Positions 36,719 to 36,754 of a stretch of DNA of 36,754 nt are shown here, piece after piece. The notes beneath the pieces were generated by a model. It was given only the letters and a program-made list of their open reading frames with translations, searched no databases and was not told where the DNA came from. The number at the start of each line of letters is the position of its first letter. Position 1 is the first letter of the stretch. The translations under genes were made by a program, and so were the position numbers. This DNA is from a virus. Location: positions 1 through 36,754 of the IMG/VR virus record IMGVR_UViG_3300029867_000009. One strand, 5' to 3'.

Positions 36719-36754
36719 AACGCTGCGAATTATACCGTGATCGTATAGAGGAAC
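36636..36754. repeat. Terminal direct repeat copy B (identical to 1..119)
   Basis: Direct comparison. Confidence 0.97.

Overview
The window is one complete, circularly closing phage genome. Its unique length is 36,635 bp, because bases 1-119 are identical to 36636-36754. The morphogenesis module looks P22/Sf6-like (short tail, headful packaging) and the early regions are lambdoid-style mosaics. There are three transcription blocks. (i) A ~22-kb late operon on the minus strand runs 10968->125, crosses the window ends and continues 36718->25529. It encodes a small ORF, TerS, two mini-ORFs, TerL, portal, scaffold, a P22-coat-like capsid protein, a gp4-like adaptor, a 541-aa fibre/spike-like protein, a gp10-like hub, an 82-aa protein and a GNAT-fold protein. 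These are followed by four Gly/Gln/Ala-rich putative ejection proteins, a fibre, a chaperone, a second fibre and a membrane/lipoprotein lysis-like cassette. (ii) An early-left operon on the minus strand runs 18403->11064. It encodes an acidic protein, RecT, a NinB-like protein, Cys-rich and RHH-like small proteins, a DUF1376/DnaT-type replication protein, wHTH/HTH proteins and many tiny translationally coupled ORFs. It ends in three signal-peptide proteins, one of them a LapG/BTLCP-like cysteine protease. (iii) An early-right block on the plus strand runs 18516->25596. It encodes a Cro-like HTH protein, a lysozyme-like protein, a C5-methyltransferase-like protein, about 17 small ORFs, RusA and a Ref/DUF968-like HNH protein. 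It is interrupted by one reverse-oriented resolvase-like gene (20873..21436) that appears to lack the serine-recombinase catalytic residues. I saw no integrase, tRNA, rRNA or CRISPR array. The most notable observations are these: the exported LapG-like protease module; short exact or near-exact repeats sitting precisely on gene junctions (15 bp, 28 bp and a six-copy ~20-bp box) that bracket single small genes like cassettes; the degenerate resolvase-like gene with a fully overlapping antisense ORF; a structured leader upstream of the replication gene; and an ejection-protein candidate built from two arrays of 11-residue repeats. All homology statements come from motif recognition by eye, not from database searches.
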